Shown here one piece after another: positions 59,951 to 64,000 of a stretch of DNA of 64,000 bases (position 1 is the stretch's first letter; every line of letters begins with the position of its first letter). Source of the DNA: Chrysomallon squamiferum. Lineage: Eukaryota > Animalia > Mollusca. Location of the stretch: the NCBI GenBank assembly GCA_012295275.1, contig CM022672.1, positions 33,356,001 to 33,420,000 on the forward strand, written 5' to 3'. The position numbers were made by a program, and so were the translations under genes. The notes below the pieces were generated by a model that saw only the letters and a program-made list of their open reading frames with translations, was not told the DNA's origin and made no database searches.

Positions 59951-60279
59951 ATATATATACACACACAGAGAAACACAAACGCACATAATTTCATACACAT
60001 ATTTACATTTATGTACAAAAATACATACGTACATATATATATGAATTTGTTTCTTATCGGTTTAATATAGTTGATTATAATAGTAGGTCTTTCTGTGTGT
60101 AATTATTTTATGTATTTTTTGAAATCATTAAAATATTATAAAAGTACAGGTATGGTGTTGCCGGTGTTGCAATTTTCGTTCCTGAAGGATGTATCGTGAA
60201 AAAGGGAGACGACTGCAAACCGATGTTAATGGATAAGAACAACATCACTCAAAAATGCAACTTTAATTGGCGTAGATGA
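58731..60279 (+). pseudogene. MSMB-like subtype A, all three exons (58731-58815, 59435-59555, 60150-60279), intron 1 donor GT>TT
   Basis: Would encode 111 aa: MLLFILLCVLNSLTSTDSSCLLYSPKPFGSVGKHCKDKDGRQSDVGDTYKVEEKCTKCTCTGFGLSCCGYGVAGVAIFVPEGCIVKKGDDCKPMLMDKNNITQKCNFNWRR, with 10 mature Cys. The donor reads G|TTAAGT versus G|GTAAGT in the 38196 copy. Confidence 0.78.
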
Positions 60280-60683
60280 ATCCGAACAGTCTGTTGAAAA
60301 AAACAAAATAAAACAAAATAAAATTGTCTCCTGTTTCGTTCTTTATTTGTTTCTTTTATGTTAATTTTGAAACTGTAATCATCATCGTCATCATTATCAT
60401 CATCATCATACGCAGCAGCAACAACGACAGCAACAAGAAAAGCTTTATATTGTCTACCACAAATGGTTTGATGAAACATTAATGGATGCCAATACAGACC
60501 GACAAGAAAGGAAATTGGCTCAGCAGTAGCAGTGTAAACATTTATTCTCTTGTTTTAACATATTCGCCCGCCAGCATAACATAATAGTCATATTGTTTTA
60601 ATTTATTGTTATCACCATCATCATCATCATGATCATTATCACAGTTGTTATTATTATTATTATAATAATAATGATACAACTAT

Positions 60684-60765
<82 letters not shown>

Positions 60766-61091
60766 TATGCTCGTGAGACTTTTCATGTATCTAATCATTT
60801 TTATTGTGTCTGGATGTCAATAAAACATATAAGGATAATGTATGAAAAATACAGACAACAGAAAAACAGACAATGACACAGATAACTAACAGAATATAAA
60901 GATAGATTACGAAGAGAGGTGATATTTGTTTTGTGCTTGTGTGTGTTTGTGCTATTTTGCTTCATTTCATTTTCTTTATTTTTTTTATTTTTTTTCATTT
61001 ACTTCATTTTATATTTTGATCTACCTGGATGTTGCAAAAATCCTTATCACTAAAACGCTGACCTTTTCAAAACAAATTAATATATATATAC

Positions 61092-61138
<47 letters not shown>

Positions 61139-61528
61139 TATATATACATACATACATACATACATATATACACGTATACACTAAATCGAATATCATTAAA
61201 ATAGTTGTCGTCGTTTCACCGTTGTTTAACACACAGACCTGTTCTGAAGGTATCAGTTCTCATTATCAAACAGCATGCATCCAAGGTTACGAGAACATCA
61301 GCAAAACCGAGAAGAACGAACAGAAACATTCTTCTATACCTATGTGACATTTCTAACTTAGTCAACTTGGAAAAAGATACCCTAAGTTACCATAAACTGT
61401 AACAGAAAGATGTTTGCTAAGCAGGTAGCGAACCAGAGTTGATATATAAGAAGGAGATTTACACACGTATGATGTAAATTATAGTACAGCACACAAAATA
61501 TATTAATTTAAAAAAATTAAAATAAAAT

Positions 61529-61678
<150 letters not shown>

Positions 61679-62014
61679 AAAGACACACTCACAAACACCT
61701 GGAAAGATGCATGTTGTAACATAATTATTATATATGTGTTATTGATTTGATTTAATTTAATTTTTATTTTACCTTATTTATCTTATTTTTATTTTTTATT
61801 TTGTATTATTATCATTTTTTTAAACATAATTTTTTCATTGCTAGATCAAATCTAATCTTTCCTTTTCTTTTTCTTTAAATTCTTTTTTTTATTTATTTAA
61901 AATTTAAAATTTATTTGTTATTATTATTGTTTTATTTATTGTTTTTGTTGCTGTCGTAGCTGGGCAGCTGGAGTGATGTTGGAATGATGATGGATGCTAT
62001 TATTATCATTATTA

Positions 62015-62145
<131 letters not shown>

Positions 62146-63103
62146 GTCATTCTGTAGACCCAGTCGATTGTATGACTGGCAAATTTAACTAAATTTTTAT
62201 GTGTGAATGTGTTGTTCTTATAAACACTTTTACTTATACAGAAGGGTTAGCACCGTGCAGCAGATGTTGTATTGATTTTAAGTATTTTAAACTATGTCAC
62301 CAAAAAGAAATAATAATAAAAATTAAAATTAAATAAATTAAAATGAAATAATAATAAAAATTAAAATTAAATAAATTAAAATGAAATAATAATAAAAATT
62401 AAAATTAAATAAATTAAAATGAAATAAAAACTAAATTGAAAAAAAGGAACAAAAATAATAATAAAATTAAAATTAAATTGTCAATAATCTATTTCATGAT
62501 GGTATAATACTATCGTCATCATACTATACAGAACAACCTTTCATTCCTGTTTCTGTCTCATCTAGTTACGATGGATTTATCACCCTAGCAGAAGAGTGAG
62601 GAGATGTCACCTGCAGTTTCTCAATATATGTATTTGTGTCTTAAACATCATTTATCAGCACTAAATAAGAAACAGCAAACCGTTAGACACCAGCAGTAGA
62701 TTCCAGATACAGGAACAGTATAACTGTAAACTAGCAAATCATTTCTTTTAGAACACAAAAGATTAGAATATACAACATGAAATTTGCATTATTATAAATA
62801 TATATGTTTGTTGGAACACACTGGCAATAAATAAAAAGGCTGATTATTATAAAAAGGCTGTTAGTTTCAAAGTTTCAAAGTTTCATTGACATAGTTCTGT
62901 CTGAATGATATGGTCGAATCATCCTGGCTTGACACAAAAAAAATCAAAAAATATAAAAAAATGTTCTATGATCAAACATACGCCCCGACTGAATATTAAT
63001 AAGCGTGAACAAAATGACTACATGAGTTAGAAAAATTCAGGTAGCAAAATATTTTATTTCAGTTTTACTTTCGTTTTACAGTTACGCAAAAGTTCTTTCA
63101 CTT

Positions 63104-63230
63104 TCATAGTAATTCTCCCGTCCAGCAGTCACGTGACGTATCGTCAGCCTTCACCAGCAGAACTTTGCAACCGTCTGCTTTGACGATGCATCCGTCTGGA
63201 GGTTGAATTACTCCCGCACTGATACCATAT
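63104..63230 (-). CDS. MSMB-like exon 3B of a further copy whose 5' exons probably lie beyond the window
   Basis: Intact CAG acceptor; YGISAGVIQPPDGCIVKADGCKVLLVKADDTSRDCWTGELL*; downstream AATAAA. Confidence 0.75.
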
Positions 63231-63519
63231 CTGTGTACAACGACAATAACAACAGCACAAAAAACAACAACAACAACAACAATAATAATAATAATAATAA
63301 TAATCATAATAAGAACAATAATGACGATGATGGTGATAATAGTAGTAGTAGTAGTAGTAGTAGTAGAAGTAGTAGTAGTAATGGTGATGGCAGTAGTGTT
63401 AGTAATATGTACGCGCACACACACAGACACACACACATACACGGGTTTTGCAGTTATGAAAATTGAAAAGTAGCTTCACTTTCAACTGGTTTATAAAAAG
63501 TAAAAAAAAAATGTTTCAG

Positions 63520-63965
63520 TGGTCACGTTTCATATGAAGAGGATAACGAATGGAGGCTGTTTTTTTTTTTTGTTTTTTGTTTTCCAGAAGATGTTGCCGT
63601 CTGATGGAGGGTGTGTCATTATGATGGGAGTGGTCCATTGGGCACGTGAGGACACCACAGGTCATCGTTAACGAAAGGTTAAGGGAAAACGGTTACATCG
63701 ACATTCTGCTTCCTTTGATTTTTCTGACCCAGCCACGTGATATCATTTATCAGCATGACAGTGCCAAAGCCCATACAGCCAGAATCGTAGACATCTTCGT
63801 TAGTGTAGCAACGTCAACGTGGTGTAATCATTGCCTGCTTAACAGAGATGTCGCAAGGAAAACACCAGTGGGATGTCATTACTCGCCGTGTGCGACAACA
63901 TCCTCAGGCGTCAACTTGTATTTTACACAGGCTTTGTTGCAGGGGTTTGTGGGTTTTTTAAATTA
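63520..63965 (+). mobile_element. Tc1 transposase remnant in intron 2 of the last MSMB-like copy
   Basis: KMLPSDGGCVIMMG (cf. GGGSVMVWG), RTPQVIVNERL...YIDIL and IIYQHDSAKAHTARIV (cf. FQxDNAxxHxAR). Confidence 0.72.
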
Positions 63966-64000
63966 TCATCATCAATAAAGTCATTATCATTATTATTATC

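Overview
AT-rich, microsatellite-laden eukaryotic DNA with spliceosomal introns. It is most likely molluscan/lophotrochozoan (inferred from gene content). There is one 200-N gap at 8312-8511. Left third: an RYamide neuropeptide precursor exon (237-605, -), a 3.1 kb 18-bp minisatellite, and five exons of a sacsin-like gene (-) that run into the gap. A Tc1 deletion derivative and a partial exon duplicate sit in sacsin introns, and a decayed LINE lies just upstream. Middle: tandem and dispersed non-coding duplications with (ACTA)n arrays. Right half (32-64 kb): the main signal, largely invisible in the ORF track. It is a cluster of 3-exon genes for small secreted 10-Cys beta-microseminoprotein (MSMB/PSP94)-like proteins in two subtypes (A: exons 1A-2A-3C; B: exons 1B-2B-3B). 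Nested inverted and direct duplications have scrambled them into one intact gene (32117-33796), several broken copies and A/B chimeras. All intron phases are compatible, and substitutions between B copies are almost all amino-acid changing. Exon boundaries were read by eye; large duplication limits are approximate.
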